Shown here: piece by piece, positions 19,972 through 30,235 of the stretch
Position numbering within the stretch: the stretch's first letter is position 1
Layout of the letters: each line of letters opens with the position of its first letter
Origin: Methylophilaceae bacterium
Lineage (GTDB): Bacteria; Pseudomonadota; Gammaproteobacteria; Burkholderiales; Methylophilaceae
Length of the DNA: 46,007 nt
Reading direction: 5' to 3'
Assembly (NCBI GenBank): GCA_025362115.1
Contig: JANYIK010000072.1
Coordinates: 1-46,007, forward strand
Made by a program: the position numbers and the translations under genes
Notes under the pieces: generated by a model
What the model saw: the letters and a program-made list of their open reading frames with translations, nothing else
The model's database searches: none
What the model was told of the DNA's origin: nothing

Positions 19972-20943
19972 ATGATGATGCGGTTTACTTTACCTTTATT
20001 AGTACTGCTTGCACTGCTCAGTACTCACAGCATGGCAGCAGAAGACAACAAAAATTGCGCTTTTGGATTGGCAATGGGGGCAGAAGTGCCGACCGATTGT
20101 TCGGTTAATGCAATGGTTGACGGCAAAAAACTATGTTTTTCCAGTGAAAAATCCAAAACCATGTTTCTCGCCAACAAAGACGAAAACATGATGAAGATGC
20201 AGGATTTCCAGAAAAAAACCGCTTCAGCCGATGCAGAAGTAATGAAGGAAAAAATCAGTACCGAACAGGCGCGTGCGATGCTGAAGAATGCTGCTGCTGA
20301 CAACATTGTGGACTTTTCCGATAAAGATTTGAGCTACCAGGACTTGAGTCACATGGATTTGCGCTACGCCAAGTTTGTAGACACCAATCTGTTCGGCTCC
20401 GACCTGCGCGGCTCGGATTTCAGTGGTGCCGACATGCGTCAGGCTTACCTGAACCTGGCTCGCATCGAAGGCACCATATTCAACAATGCCAACCTCACCG
20501 ATGCCATCATCTTCCAACCCATTTTTGAGAAAAACCAGTTCAAGAACGCCATTCTGGTCAACGTGCGCATGATAGGCACGCTAGGCACGGTGGACATGAG
20601 CGGTGCGGACATCCGCAAAGGTCGCTTTGGCCTGGACATTGGCAACCAGCCCATGGGCGCGATGCGCTTTGATAGCATAGGCGGCAAGTTCGTCGGCACC
20701 AATTTTGAAGATGCTGACATCAATCGCTCCAATTTTAGATTTTCCGATTTAACCGGTGCCAATTTGCGTAACACCAACCTGTTTCGCGCCGATTTCAGCA
20801 AGGCGGACTTGACCGGAGCAGATCTGACCGGAGCAGATTTGGGCGAAGCCGTGCTGGATGGTGCGATTATGAAGGACGTGAAGGGTTTGGAATCGGTGAA
20901 AGGCCTGGACACTACCAAGGGGAAATGCGAGGGGTGTAAATAG
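19972..20943 (+). CDS. Secreted pentapeptide-repeat protein with a Cys-containing N-terminal domain
   Basis: AGGAG precedes the ATG cluster at 19972-19980. The signal peptide is MRFTLPLLVLLALLSTHSMA. There are many A(D/N)LxG-type pentapeptide units, for example ADLTGADLTGADLGEAVLDGA. Confidence 0.8.
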   Translation: MMMRFTLPLLVLLALLSTHSMAAEDNKNCAFGLAMGAEVPTDCSVNAMVDGKKLCFSSEKSKTMFLANKDENMMKMQDFQKKTASADAEVMKEKISTEQARAMLKNAAADNIVDFSDKDLSYQDLSHMDLRYAKFVDTNLFGSDLRGSDFSGADMRQAYLNLARIEGTIFNNANLTDAIIFQPIFEKNQFKNAILVNVRMIGTLGTVDMSGADIRKGRFGLDIGNQPMGAMRFDSIGGKFVGTNFEDADINRSNFRFSDLTGANLRNTNLFRADFSKADLTGADLTGADLGEAVLDGAIMKDVKGLESVKGLDTTKGKCEGCK

Positions 20944-21606
20944 CTAAGCCCTGGCTTGATCTTGCAGTGCGGCGCGATCCAGCACCTCAATACTGGCGCG
21001 CCCCAACTTCACCCAGCCCTGACGCTCAAACTCCTTCAACTCGCGGCTGACTACTTCGCGCGCACTGCCCAACTCGTCGGCCAACTGCTGGTGCGTCGCC
21101 GTGAGATTACCCTGCCCTGCCACCAACAAGCCCGCAAGGCGCGAAGCAATGCTGTGAAATGCCACTTCATCCACCAGCACAATCAAGTCGCTAATCAAGT
21201 CACCATAATTGCTCAACACAAAGCGGCGAAACACTTCGGATTCGACCATCAACTGATGAAAAGTCGCGGCAGGAACGACTACATCGCGGATAGCTTCTTC
21301 TACCACGGTAGAAGCCGGATAATGGCTATGGCCCAATAGGCACGTGGTGGTCAACACACAAGTGCCACCCGCCGCAACGCGATACAGCACAATTTCACGC
21401 CCGGATTCGGAGATTTTGTACACCCGGGAACGTCCAGCCAAGCGCATCACGTAAGCGTTGCAGGGATCGGCCTCACGGTAGCCTATAGCGCCAATGGGGG
21501 CCTCTACGATGCGGGCATGCTGCTTGAGTTTGACTTTGGCTGGTTCGTCAAGCTTGGCCAAGTCAGGAAAAGTGGAAAGCCAGGCCAAATTATCGTCTTG
21601 AACCAT
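20944..21606 (-). CDS. Crp/Fnr-family transcriptional regulator
   Basis: An effector beta-barrel region is followed by the C-terminal HTH THQQLADELGSAREVVSRELKEFERQGWV. Confidence 0.85.
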   Translation of the reverse strand: MVQDDNLAWLSTFPDLAKLDEPAKVKLKQHARIVEAPIGAIGYREADPCNAYVMRLAGRSRVYKISESGREIVLYRVAAGGTCVLTTTCLLGHSHYPASTVVEEAIRDVVVPAATFHQLMVESEVFRRFVLSNYGDLISDLIVLVDEVAFHSIASRLAGLLVAGQGNLTATHQQLADELGSAREVVSRELKEFERQGWVKLGRASIEVLDRAALQDQARA

Positions 21607-21616
21607 GTGTTAGCTC

Positions 21617-22810
21617 CTAAGTTATTTTCAAGCCCGCTAACTGCGCCTTCAATCCCCGCGCCGCCAGCGCATAGCCGCCGTCGCTACCATCCACAAAGTG
21701 CATGTGGTTGCCATTGTAGGATTGCACGATACATGTCACCAAAGCTTCGCGCGATTTGTGCATGCCGTACACCAGCTTTCCATCTTGATATTCCGCATCC
21801 AACAAGGCTTGCAAGGCGGCCGCTTGCGTCTCACTGCCGTCCATTACCATGCGTAACATCCCGTCAAATTTGCGAAAGTCGGAGTTTTCCACCAATTCGT
21901 CCCGATAGCCACTCCACTGAGTAGCCTCAGTGTCCTTGTTACGGGAAAAAAGATATAAGCCCGCGAGGTTCTGGAACACCATTTTGGCAAGATAAGACAA
22001 GCGTTGCCATAGTGCGAACTGGCTCGCGCGTACCCGCCATTCGTGCATTAACAAGCGCGGGTTAAAGGTGAGACGCATAATGTGCGCTCTTAACGGATGA
22101 TATTCTGCTACATCACCGTAGATTTTCTGGATGTGGGCAAGTACACGCTGATAGGTCGCCAGATTGACCTCGACATCCGCAGACACCGCGCCCACCAACA
22201 GTGCCAGCTTGTGATCATGGAAGCTGGGCACGCCTTGCCAGCGACATTCAAAGCCTTCAAAGCTGGCTTCCGCCGCGCCTTCGTGTTCTTGCACCATTAA
22301 CACGCCCGCCGCACCCGGCGTTTTGACGCGCTTTTCCGCCTCTTCCCAACCGCGGCCAGAAAACACCGGCTGGGTAACGTGCGGCGACAAACGCACCTTG
22401 CCAACCTTGACCCAAAAACCTTGGCTGACCAACTCGCTCACCCGCACCAAACCTACGCGTAAGCCTAAATCAAAACTTTCACGCGAGAGCTTTTGTGCGC
22501 CGCGCAAAGCGACGATAACTCGCGCCACCAATACATCAGGCACGGCAAAAGTCGCGCCATCGCCACCAAACACAAAGGGCAAGTCCAGGCTGCGATCCAC
22601 ATTCACAACTGCGGCAATACAGGCCACGCCCACCGTATTCACCTTCTTGTAGGCACCTGCTTCTATGGCCTTGGTCGAACCAATCACGTCGGCGATCACG
22701 ATCCACCAGTCTGGCGACACATCAGCGTGGGTGCGGCTTTCCGTGGCTTCAGCAAAGGAAGTAAGAATGGCTAGATTGCGATAGAACGTAGTATCGGTTC
22801 GGTCACTCAT
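21617..22810 (-). CDS. DUF3095-like protein with nucleotide-cyclase-like motifs
   Basis: 397 aa. IVIADVIGSTKAI and FVFGGDGATFAVP resemble the two metal-Asp segments of class III cyclase/GGDEF folds. The start overlaps the M17 peptidase stop by 4 nt. Confidence 0.55.
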   Translation of the reverse strand: MSDRTDTTFYRNLAILTSFAEATESRTHADVSPDWWIVIADVIGSTKAIEAGAYKKVNTVGVACIAAVVNVDRSLDLPFVFGGDGATFAVPDVLVARVIVALRGAQKLSRESFDLGLRVGLVRVSELVSQGFWVKVGKVRLSPHVTQPVFSGRGWEEAEKRVKTPGAAGVLMVQEHEGAAEASFEGFECRWQGVPSFHDHKLALLVGAVSADVEVNLATYQRVLAHIQKIYGDVAEYHPLRAHIMRLTFNPRLLMHEWRVRASQFALWQRLSYLAKMVFQNLAGLYLFSRNKDTEATQWSGYRDELVENSDFRKFDGMLRMVMDGSETQAAALQALLDAEYQDGKLVYGMHKSREALVTCIVQSYNGNHMHFVDGSDGGYALAARGLKAQLAGLKIT

Positions 22811-24279
22811 GGCGACTCCAACAAAATTTGAATCAGATGCAATCCAAACCCCACACCAAAACCATTCACATCGCTCACCACCGCACCCAAGCCTTGTTTG
22901 CGGTTACTCGACGATAAATCCACGTGCAGCCAAGGAATGTCACCCTCGATAAATTTGAACAGAAACCGCGCGGCCAGCACGTGATCAGCTTCTGAATCAA
23001 GCGTGCATTGCTTGATGTCGGCGATTTTGCTGTCTAAATCTTCTTCATAATCGGCATCAAAAGGGAAAGCATTGACGCGCTCACCAGCCCTAGCGCCTGC
23101 GCCTATTGCCTTGCAGAGCAATTCCGGTTTATTGCTCAACACGCCGCTATATCGGTCACCCAAGGCTACCGCCATGCTACCGGTGAGCGTAGCAAAGTCC
23201 ATCATAAAGTCTGGTTTTAAGCGTGAGGCCATGGTGAGCGTGTCAGCCAGCACCATGCGACCTTCGGCATCGGTATGAACAATCTCGATGGTCGTGCCGT
23301 TCAATGCCGTTACCACGTCATTTTGTTTATAGGCCTTAGGGCCGATGTGATTTTGCGCGATCGCCAGCCAGCAGTCTATCTTCACCGGAATTTCTGCCCC
23401 AGTAAGCGCTAACATAAGACCTAATGCAACAGCGGAGCCATTCATGTCTTCGTGCATGCCATTCATATAGCGGGCAGGCTTGAGATTATGTCCGCCAGTG
23501 TCGAAGCAAATACCTTTACCCACCAGTGCGATTTTCTTCTTGGCATTTTTTGGACTGTAGCTTAGATGCACAATAGCGGCATCCTCCGGCTCTGAGCCTT
23601 GTGCCACGGCGACAAACGCGCCCGCGCCCAGTTTACGTAGCTTTTTCATGTCGAATTCTTCGTGCTGCCAACCTTGCTCTTTTGCCAGTGCTTTGATTTT
23701 GTCGCGATAAATGGTGGGCGTGAGGTCATTGGGCGGCAGCATGGTAAGGTTACGCGTCAGCGTATTGCCTGCCACCAAGGCGCGGATGTCGGCAAAATCG
23801 TGTGCGGTATCGAACCCAAATACACGAATAGTTTTGAGTGGTTTATAGGTACGTTTTTTCTTTCTGCTAGGTAAATCCGCATTGTTCACCAACGTCACAT
23901 AGAGTGCGGCTTCTAGGGCTTGTTGGCGTTGTTCTTGCTTGAGACATAAAGAAATCGTTAGGTTTTCCGGGTTTTCTTCCAGCAATGGTTTCAGAGCTTT
24001 ACGCAAAGCGGTGTAACGTTCAAAGGTGGAAAGACTCTCATTCAGCACTACCCAAGCACCTAAGCCACCATCGGGCAAATCCGCGACTAAGGGCGTTTTG
24101 GTGAGTTCGTCATATTTAAGCTTGCGGCGTCTAAGAAGCGCCTCAAATTCGGCATGCAGTGGCACTGATTTGGAGCGCGCATTGGATGCTAGGTTAGGCA
24201 GAATGAATAACACATGGCTTTGCTTGGCGGCTTGCGACCCGGTAATATCCTCTTGATTTTGAATAATTTTTATGCTCAT
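22807..24279 (-). CDS. M17 leucyl aminopeptidase family protein
   Basis: VGKGICFDTGG and the signature HTDAEGRMVLADTL are present. Confidence 0.88.
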   Translation of the reverse strand: MSIKIIQNQEDITGSQAAKQSHVLFILPNLASNARSKSVPLHAEFEALLRRRKLKYDELTKTPLVADLPDGGLGAWVVLNESLSTFERYTALRKALKPLLEENPENLTISLCLKQEQRQQALEAALYVTLVNNADLPSRKKKRTYKPLKTIRVFGFDTAHDFADIRALVAGNTLTRNLTMLPPNDLTPTIYRDKIKALAKEQGWQHEEFDMKKLRKLGAGAFVAVAQGSEPEDAAIVHLSYSPKNAKKKIALVGKGICFDTGGHNLKPARYMNGMHEDMNGSAVALGLMLALTGAEIPVKIDCWLAIAQNHIGPKAYKQNDVVTALNGTTIEIVHTDAEGRMVLADTLTMASRLKPDFMMDFATLTGSMAVALGDRYSGVLSNKPELLCKAIGAGARAGERVNAFPFDADYEEDLDSKIADIKQCTLDSEADHVLAARFLFKFIEGDIPWLHVDLSSSNRKQGLGAVVSDVNGFGVGFGLHLIQILLESP

Positions 24280-24455
24280 ACTAGACTTCCTGAAAGCAGT
24301 TTCACCTTGACCAAAATGACCAAAATGGCGATGATAACGATTACGTAATTCTGCAATTTTTAATAATGTGTATTAAAAATTGTTATAAAATCTCGCCCGT
24401 TCAAATAGATTCGTTTTGATTATAGCAAGCCCCTCATTACTCAGGAGAGCATTAC

Positions 24456-27110
24456 ATGGCAGATTTGCCTGACACCAACCCACAAGAAACCCAGGAATGG
24501 CTGGATTCCATCGCCGCAGTACTGGAGCAAGAAGGCGCTGAACGCGCGCACTTCCTGCTCGAAACCCTGATCGACAAGTCCCGTCGCTCTGGCGCCTACC
24601 TGCCTTTCAACGCCACTACGGCTTACCTGAATAGCATTCCGACACACTTGCAAGCCAAGTTGCCCGGCAACCCCGACATGGAACGCCGCATCCGCGCCCT
24701 GATTCGCTGGAATGCGATCATGACGGTATTACGCGGCAATGAAAAATCTCCTGGTGTGGGCGGCCACATCGCCAGCTTCCAGTCTGCAGCAACCTTGTAT
24801 GACGTGGGCTTCAACCATTTCTTCCGTGCCGCTAACGAAAATTTCGGCGGTGACTGTGTGTATTTCCAGGGGCACTCCTCACCAGGTGTGTACGCCCGTG
24901 CCTTTTTGGAAGGCCGCATCAGCGAAGAACAAATGGCTAACTTTCGACAGGAAACCGGCGGCAAAGGGCTCTCAAGCTATCCACACCCATGGCTGATGCC
25001 AGATTTTTGGCAATTCCCTACCGTATCTATGGGGTTGGGGCCACTTGCGGGTATTTATCAAGCACGATTCCTAAAATATATCCACGACCGTGGCATCGCC
25101 GATACTTCTGGCCGCAAGGTATGGGTTTTCTGCGGCGATGGTGAAATGGACGAACCTGAATCCTTGGGGGCGATCTCACTCGCTTCGCGCGAAAAATTGG
25201 ACAATCTGATTTTCGTCGTCAATTGCAACTTGCAACGTCTGGATGGCCCGGTACGTGGCAATGGCAAGATCATCCAGGAACTGGAAGCCGACTTCCGTGG
25301 CTCCGGCTGGAATGTACTGAAAGTGATCTGGGGTTCCTACTGGGATCCTCTTTTGTCCATGGACAAGGATGGCATCTTGCAAAAACGCATGGAAGAATGC
25401 GTGGATGGCGAATACCAAAACTTCAAGGCCAAGGGCGGCGCTTATACGCGCGAACATTTCTTTGGAAAGTACCCTGAATTGAAGGAGATGGTCACCGCCA
25501 TGTCCGACGCAGATATCTGGCGCCTGAACCGGGGTGGTCACGATCCGCATAAGGTCTATGCCGCTTACCATGCCGCCGTAAATCACAAGGGGCAGCCAAC
25601 CGTAATACTGGCCAAGACGGTCAAGGGCTACGGCATGGGCGAAGCTGGTGAAGGCCAGAATACCACTCACCAGCAAAAGAGCATGGATATCGAGTCGCTG
25701 AAGAAATTCCGTGACCGTTTTAATCTGCCAATCACCGACGCACAGGTGGAGAGCTTGTCTTTCTACAAGCCTGATGCAGACTCACCAGAGATGCAGTACA
25801 TGAACGAGCGCCGCGCCAGCCTGGGTGGCTACATGCCCAAGCGCCGCCGCAAAGGCAACGAACTGGTAGTGCCAGAGCTGTCTGCCTTCGACAATATGCT
25901 GGGAGCTACTGGTGATCGTGAAATTTCTACCACCATGGCGTTCGTACGCATCCTTTCCACCTTGGTTCGTGACAAGCAGATTGGCAAGTATGTAGTACCT
26001 ATCGTCCCGGACGAAGCCCGTACCTTCGGCATGGAAGGCATGTTCCGTCAGCTCGGCATCTACTCCTCCGTGGGTCAGTTGTACGAGCCGCAGGACGCCG
26101 ACCAAGTGATGTTCTACAAAGAATCCAAGGATGGCCAGATTCTGGAGGAAGGTATCAACGAAGCCGGATCATTCTCCAGCTGGATAGCCGCTGCGACTTC
26201 ATACAGCGTTACCGGCGTGCAGATGATTCCGTTCTACATCTTCTACTCGATGTTCGGTTTCCAACGCATTGGCGACTTGGCATGGGCAGCGGGTGATAGC
26301 CGTGCTCGCGGATTCCTGCTTGGCGCTACTGCAGGCCGTACCACGCTGAATGGTGAAGGCTTGCAACATGAGGATGGCCACAGTCACCTGATGTCGGCCA
26401 CCATTCCCAATTGCATTTCCTACGACCCGACCTTTGCCTACGAGTTGGCCGTGATCATCCAGGAAGGTCTGCGCCGCATGGTGCAGAACCAGGAGGATGT
26501 GTACTATTACATCACCCTGATGAATGAAAACTACAGCCACCCGGAAATGCCCAAGGGGGCGGAAGAAGGCATCCTCAAAGGAATCTACTCCTTCAGCAAG
26601 TCCAAGGCCAAAGGTCCTAAAGTGCAATTGATGGGTAGCGGCGTTATCTTGCGCGAAGTCATCGCAGCAGCCGATTTGTTGGAAAAGGATTGGGGCGTAT
26701 CTGCCGACATCTGGAGCGTCACCAGCTTTACTGAGCTGCGCCGCGAAGGTCTGGATGTGGAGCGCTGGAACCTGCTCAATCCGGACAAGAAACAGAAAGA
26801 AACCTATGTCGGCAAGGCGTTGAGCAAGGCCGAAGGTCCAGTCATTGCCTCGACCGACTACATGAAGTCGTTCGCTGACCAGATCCGCAACTTCATCCCG
26901 CAACGCTACGTTGTGCTGGGTACCGATGGGTTTGGGCGCTCTGATTCACGCGAGGCTCTGCGTAACTTCTTTGAAGTTGATCGTTACCATGTTGTATTGG
27001 CCGCGCTCAAGGCGCTGGCAGATGATGGCAAACTGCCTGCAAGCAAGGCGGCAGAAGCCATCAAGAAATACAGCATCAACATCAGCCGACCCAATCCGAT
27101 GAGTATTTAA
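24456..27110 (+). CDS. aceE: Pyruvate dehydrogenase E1 component (homodimeric type)
   Basis: 884 aa. ETQEWLDSI is at the N-terminus, the ThDP motif region is GDGEMDEPES, and aceF and lpd follow. Confidence 0.96.
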   Translation: MADLPDTNPQETQEWLDSIAAVLEQEGAERAHFLLETLIDKSRRSGAYLPFNATTAYLNSIPTHLQAKLPGNPDMERRIRALIRWNAIMTVLRGNEKSPGVGGHIASFQSAATLYDVGFNHFFRAANENFGGDCVYFQGHSSPGVYARAFLEGRISEEQMANFRQETGGKGLSSYPHPWLMPDFWQFPTVSMGLGPLAGIYQARFLKYIHDRGIADTSGRKVWVFCGDGEMDEPESLGAISLASREKLDNLIFVVNCNLQRLDGPVRGNGKIIQELEADFRGSGWNVLKVIWGSYWDPLLSMDKDGILQKRMEECVDGEYQNFKAKGGAYTREHFFGKYPELKEMVTAMSDADIWRLNRGGHDPHKVYAAYHAAVNHKGQPTVILAKTVKGYGMGEAGEGQNTTHQQKSMDIESLKKFRDRFNLPITDAQVESLSFYKPDADSPEMQYMNERRASLGGYMPKRRRKGNELVVPELSAFDNMLGATGDREISTTMAFVRILSTLVRDKQIGKYVVPIVPDEARTFGMEGMFRQLGIYSSVGQLYEPQDADQVMFYKESKDGQILEEGINEAGSFSSWIAAATSYSVTGVQMIPFYIFYSMFGFQRIGDLAWAAGDSRARGFLLGATAGRTTLNGEGLQHEDGHSHLMSATIPNCISYDPTFAYELAVIIQEGLRRMVQNQEDVYYYITLMNENYSHPEMPKGAEEGILKGIYSFSKSKAKGPKVQLMGSGVILREVIAAADLLEKDWGVSADIWSVTSFTELRREGLDVERWNLLNPDKKQKETYVGKALSKAEGPVIASTDYMKSFADQIRNFIPQRYVVLGTDGFGRSDSREALRNFFEVDRYHVVLAALKALADDGKLPASKAAEAIKKYSINISRPNPMSI

Positions 27111-27126
27111 TTCAGGAGACGACAAA

Positions 27127-28476
27127 ATGGCAATAAAAGAAGTTCTCGTCCCCGATATTGGCAACTTTGACAGCGTGGACGTCATTGAAGTACTGGTGAA
27201 ACCCGGCGATAGCGTCGCCAAGGACGACTCTCTCATCACGCTGGAATCCGACAAGGCTTCCATGGACATCCCCGCCCCTTTTGGCGGCACTGTGATTGAA
27301 GTCAGCATCAAGGTCGGCGACAAAGCAGCTCAAGGCGCATTGATCCTCAAGCTGGATACCACTGCTGAGGCTTCATCTCCTCCCGAGAAACCCGCACCGC
27401 AGCCCAGCGTAGCACCTGTGGTTTCCAGCGTGAAAGTTAATGAAAAACCTGTCGCCATCCCGGAACCAAGCCATCCAGTAGCTGAACCACCCAAGGTGAT
27501 ACAACCACAAGCCACTCCCAATCCAGTGGCGGCAAGTGCAACTACAAGCTCTGGCAAGCTCTCTCATGCCAGCCCATCGGTGCGCAAATTCGCCCGTGAG
27601 CTTGGGGTTAATCTGGCGCTGGTCAAAGGCAGCGGACCAAAAAACCGTATCTTGCAAAACGATGTGCAGACCTTTGTCAAAGGTGAACTGGTCAAGCCGC
27701 GTACCGAAAACATGGGGGCCGGCATCGCTAGCTTATCCAGCCTACCTATGCCAGCCATTGACTTCAGTCAGTTTGGTGCAACTGAAACCAAGCCGTTGTC
27801 GCGCATCAAAAAACTTTCCGGTGCCAATCTGCATCGCAACTGGGTCACAGCACCTCACGTCACACAGTTTGATGAGGCCGACATCACCGACTTGGAAGAC
27901 TTCCGTAAATCTATGCTGGCCGATGCTGAAAAACGTGGGGTCAAGCTCACCTTGCTCGCCTTCCTGATGAAGGCGGTGATCAACGCCTTGCGTACCTACC
28001 CCAACTTCAATGCATCGCTGTCACCGGATGGCGATAGCCTGATTTTGAAGCAGTACTACCACGTGGGCTTTGCTTGCGACACACCGGATGGCCTCGTAGT
28101 CCCAGTGGTCAGGGATGTCAACCAGAAGGACGTGATGGATATTGCCCGCGACCTGGCTGAGCTGTCAGCGAAAGCACGCGAACGCAAACTCAAGGTTGAG
28201 GAAATGCAGGGCGGGTGCTTTACCATTTCCAGTCTGGGCGGCATTGGTGGCACCATGTTCACGCCTATCATCAACTGCCCGGAAGTGGCGATCCTTGGCG
28301 TCTCACGATCTTCCATGCAGCCGGTGTTCGATCCAAAAACCAAGAGTTTTGAGCCGCGCTTGATACTGCCGCTATCCCTGTCATACGACCACCGCGTGGT
28401 GGATGGCGCTGATGGCGCACGCTTCACCAGCCACTTGCGCATGATGTTGTCTGACGTGCGTCGTTTGTTGCTGTAA
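27127..28476 (+). CDS. aceF: Dihydrolipoamide acetyltransferase E2 (single lipoyl domain)
   Basis: The lipoyl motif is LESDKASMDIP. An Ala/Pro linker and a subunit-binding domain, ASPSVRKFARELGV, follow. The catalytic motif is DHRVVDGA. Confidence 0.95.
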   Translation: MAIKEVLVPDIGNFDSVDVIEVLVKPGDSVAKDDSLITLESDKASMDIPAPFGGTVIEVSIKVGDKAAQGALILKLDTTAEASSPPEKPAPQPSVAPVVSSVKVNEKPVAIPEPSHPVAEPPKVIQPQATPNPVAASATTSSGKLSHASPSVRKFARELGVNLALVKGSGPKNRILQNDVQTFVKGELVKPRTENMGAGIASLSSLPMPAIDFSQFGATETKPLSRIKKLSGANLHRNWVTAPHVTQFDEADITDLEDFRKSMLADAEKRGVKLTLLAFLMKAVINALRTYPNFNASLSPDGDSLILKQYYHVGFACDTPDGLVVPVVRDVNQKDVMDIARDLAELSAKARERKLKVEEMQGGCFTISSLGGIGGTMFTPIINCPEVAILGVSRSSMQPVFDPKTKSFEPRLILPLSLSYDHRVVDGADGARFTSHLRMMLSDVRRLLL

Positions 28477-28487
28477 CAGGAATTGAC

Positions 28488-30233
28488 ATGCGCAATATTG
28501 TTGAAATTTCAGTGCCGGACATCGGCAATTTTGATTCTGTAGATATCATCGAGGTCCACATCAAGTCAGGTGACAACATTGCCGTTGATGACTCGCTGAT
28601 TACGCTGGAATCCGATAAGGCTTCCATGGACATACCTGCCACCCATGCAGGTAGCGTCAAGGAAGTCAAAGTCAAGGTAGGTGACAAGGTCGCCAAGGGC
28701 TCCCTCATCCTGCTCCTAGATGTTGCTGAGGAGGCACCCGCTGTAGCACCAGCACCAGTGGTAGAACAATCTGCTCCGGCGGCAGTTGCCCTTGTAGGCC
28801 TAAGCGAAGCCGGCAACAATGATATTTCCACAGAAATACTGGTATTGGGCGCAGGGCCTGGCGGCTATACCGCTGCTTTCCGTGCCGCAGACCTCGGCAA
28901 AAAGGTGGTGTTGGTAGAACGTTACCCAACGCTAGGAGGCGTGTGCCTGAATGTAGGATGCATCCCCTCCAAAGCCTTGCTACATGCGGCTAAGGTTATT
29001 ACCGAATCCGAAGAAATAGCGGCGCATGGTATCAATTTTGGGCGCCCAGTGATTGCACTCTCAAAACTGCGCGACTGGAAAGAAAACGACGTGGTCGCCA
29101 AGCTCACTGGCGGCTTGGTACAACTCGCCAAACAGCGCAATGTCACCGTGGTACAAGGTGTAGGGAAATTCATCAGCCCCCATCAAATCGCCGTGACAGC
29201 GACAGATGGCAAGGTGACCACGCTAGGTTTTGAACATGTCATTATTGCCGCCGGTTCACAAGCCACCAAATTCCCTGGGGCACCAGATGACGAACGCATC
29301 ATGGACTCTACCGGCGCATTGGCTTTGGCAGACATTCCGAAACGCATGCTGGTCATCGGCGGCGGCATCATCGGCTTGGAAATGGGCACCGTCTATGATG
29401 CCCTAGGCTCCAAGGTGAGCATCGTGGAATTCATGGACGGTTTGATTCCTGGATGCGACCGTGACTTGATACGCCCCCTGCAAAAACGCATGGAAAAACG
29501 TTTCGAAAGCATCATGCTGAGCACCAAGGTATCCTCGATGGAAGCCAAGAAAGACGGAATCCATGTGACTTTTGAAGGTGCCAACGCCCCCAAGAATACC
29601 CAGGTCTATGACCGTGTGCTGGTCTCCATCGGGCGTCGCCCCAATGGCAAGAATATCGGCGCCGAGAACGCAGGGATCGCTGTTGACGATTGCGGCTATA
29701 TTGCCGTAGACAAACAGATGCGTACCAATGTGCCTCACATCTTCGCTATCGGCGATATCGTCGGCCAACCAATGCTGGCACACAAAGCTACGCATGAGGC
29801 CAAGGTGGCGGCGGAAGTCATTGCTGGGCACAAGGTTGAGTTCCAGGCGTTGACCATCCCATCGGTTGCCTATACTGACCCTGAAGTCGCTTGGGCCGGA
29901 ATATCCGAGACTGAAGCCAAGGAAAAAGGCATGGAGATTGAGAAAGCTTCATTTCCATGGGCTGCTAGTGGCCGTGCTCTCTCCATAGCGCGCACCGAAG
30001 GTCTGACCAAGCTTATTTTCGATAAGGAAACCAAGCGTGTGATTGGTGTAGGTATCACTGGCACCAATGCCGGAGAACTCCTTGCAGAAGCCGTGCTAGC
30101 GATTGAAATGGGCGCTGATGCGGAAGATATCGCGCTCACTATTCACTCACACCCCACACTCTCGGAAACAGTGGCATTTGCGGCGGAGATGGCAGAAGGT
30201 ACAATCACCGACTTATTCATCCGAAAAAGATAG
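28488..30233 (+). CDS. lpdA: Dihydrolipoyl dehydrogenase E3 with an extra N-terminal lipoyl domain
   Basis: Residues 1-80 repeat the lipoyl domain (LESDKASMDIP). FAD motif GAGPGGY and redox-active GGVCLNVGCIPSK follow. Confidence 0.95.
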   Translation: MRNIVEISVPDIGNFDSVDIIEVHIKSGDNIAVDDSLITLESDKASMDIPATHAGSVKEVKVKVGDKVAKGSLILLLDVAEEAPAVAPAPVVEQSAPAAVALVGLSEAGNNDISTEILVLGAGPGGYTAAFRAADLGKKVVLVERYPTLGGVCLNVGCIPSKALLHAAKVITESEEIAAHGINFGRPVIALSKLRDWKENDVVAKLTGGLVQLAKQRNVTVVQGVGKFISPHQIAVTATDGKVTTLGFEHVIIAAGSQATKFPGAPDDERIMDSTGALALADIPKRMLVIGGGIIGLEMGTVYDALGSKVSIVEFMDGLIPGCDRDLIRPLQKRMEKRFESIMLSTKVSSMEAKKDGIHVTFEGANAPKNTQVYDRVLVSIGRRPNGKNIGAENAGIAVDDCGYIAVDKQMRTNVPHIFAIGDIVGQPMLAHKATHEAKVAAEVIAGHKVEFQALTIPSVAYTDPEVAWAGISETEAKEKGMEIEKASFPWAASGRALSIARTEGLTKLIFDKETKRVIGVGITGTNAGELLAEAVLAIEMGADAEDIALTIHSHPTLSETVAFAAEMAEGTITDLFIRKR

Positions 30234-30235
30234 CC

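Noticed and set aside
20445-20990. 181-aa minus-strand ORF opposite the pentapeptide-repeat gene
   Set aside because: The frame is kept open by the repetitive codon structure of the sense gene. The sense ORF has a signal peptide, an RBS and a clear repeat family.
25176-26903. Minus-strand ORFs of 166 and 234 aa (25176-25676 and 26199-26903) inside aceE
   Set aside because: They are antisense to a full-length E1 gene conserved over 884 aa. They have no start context or motifs, and such ORFs are typical of moderately GC-rich coding regions.
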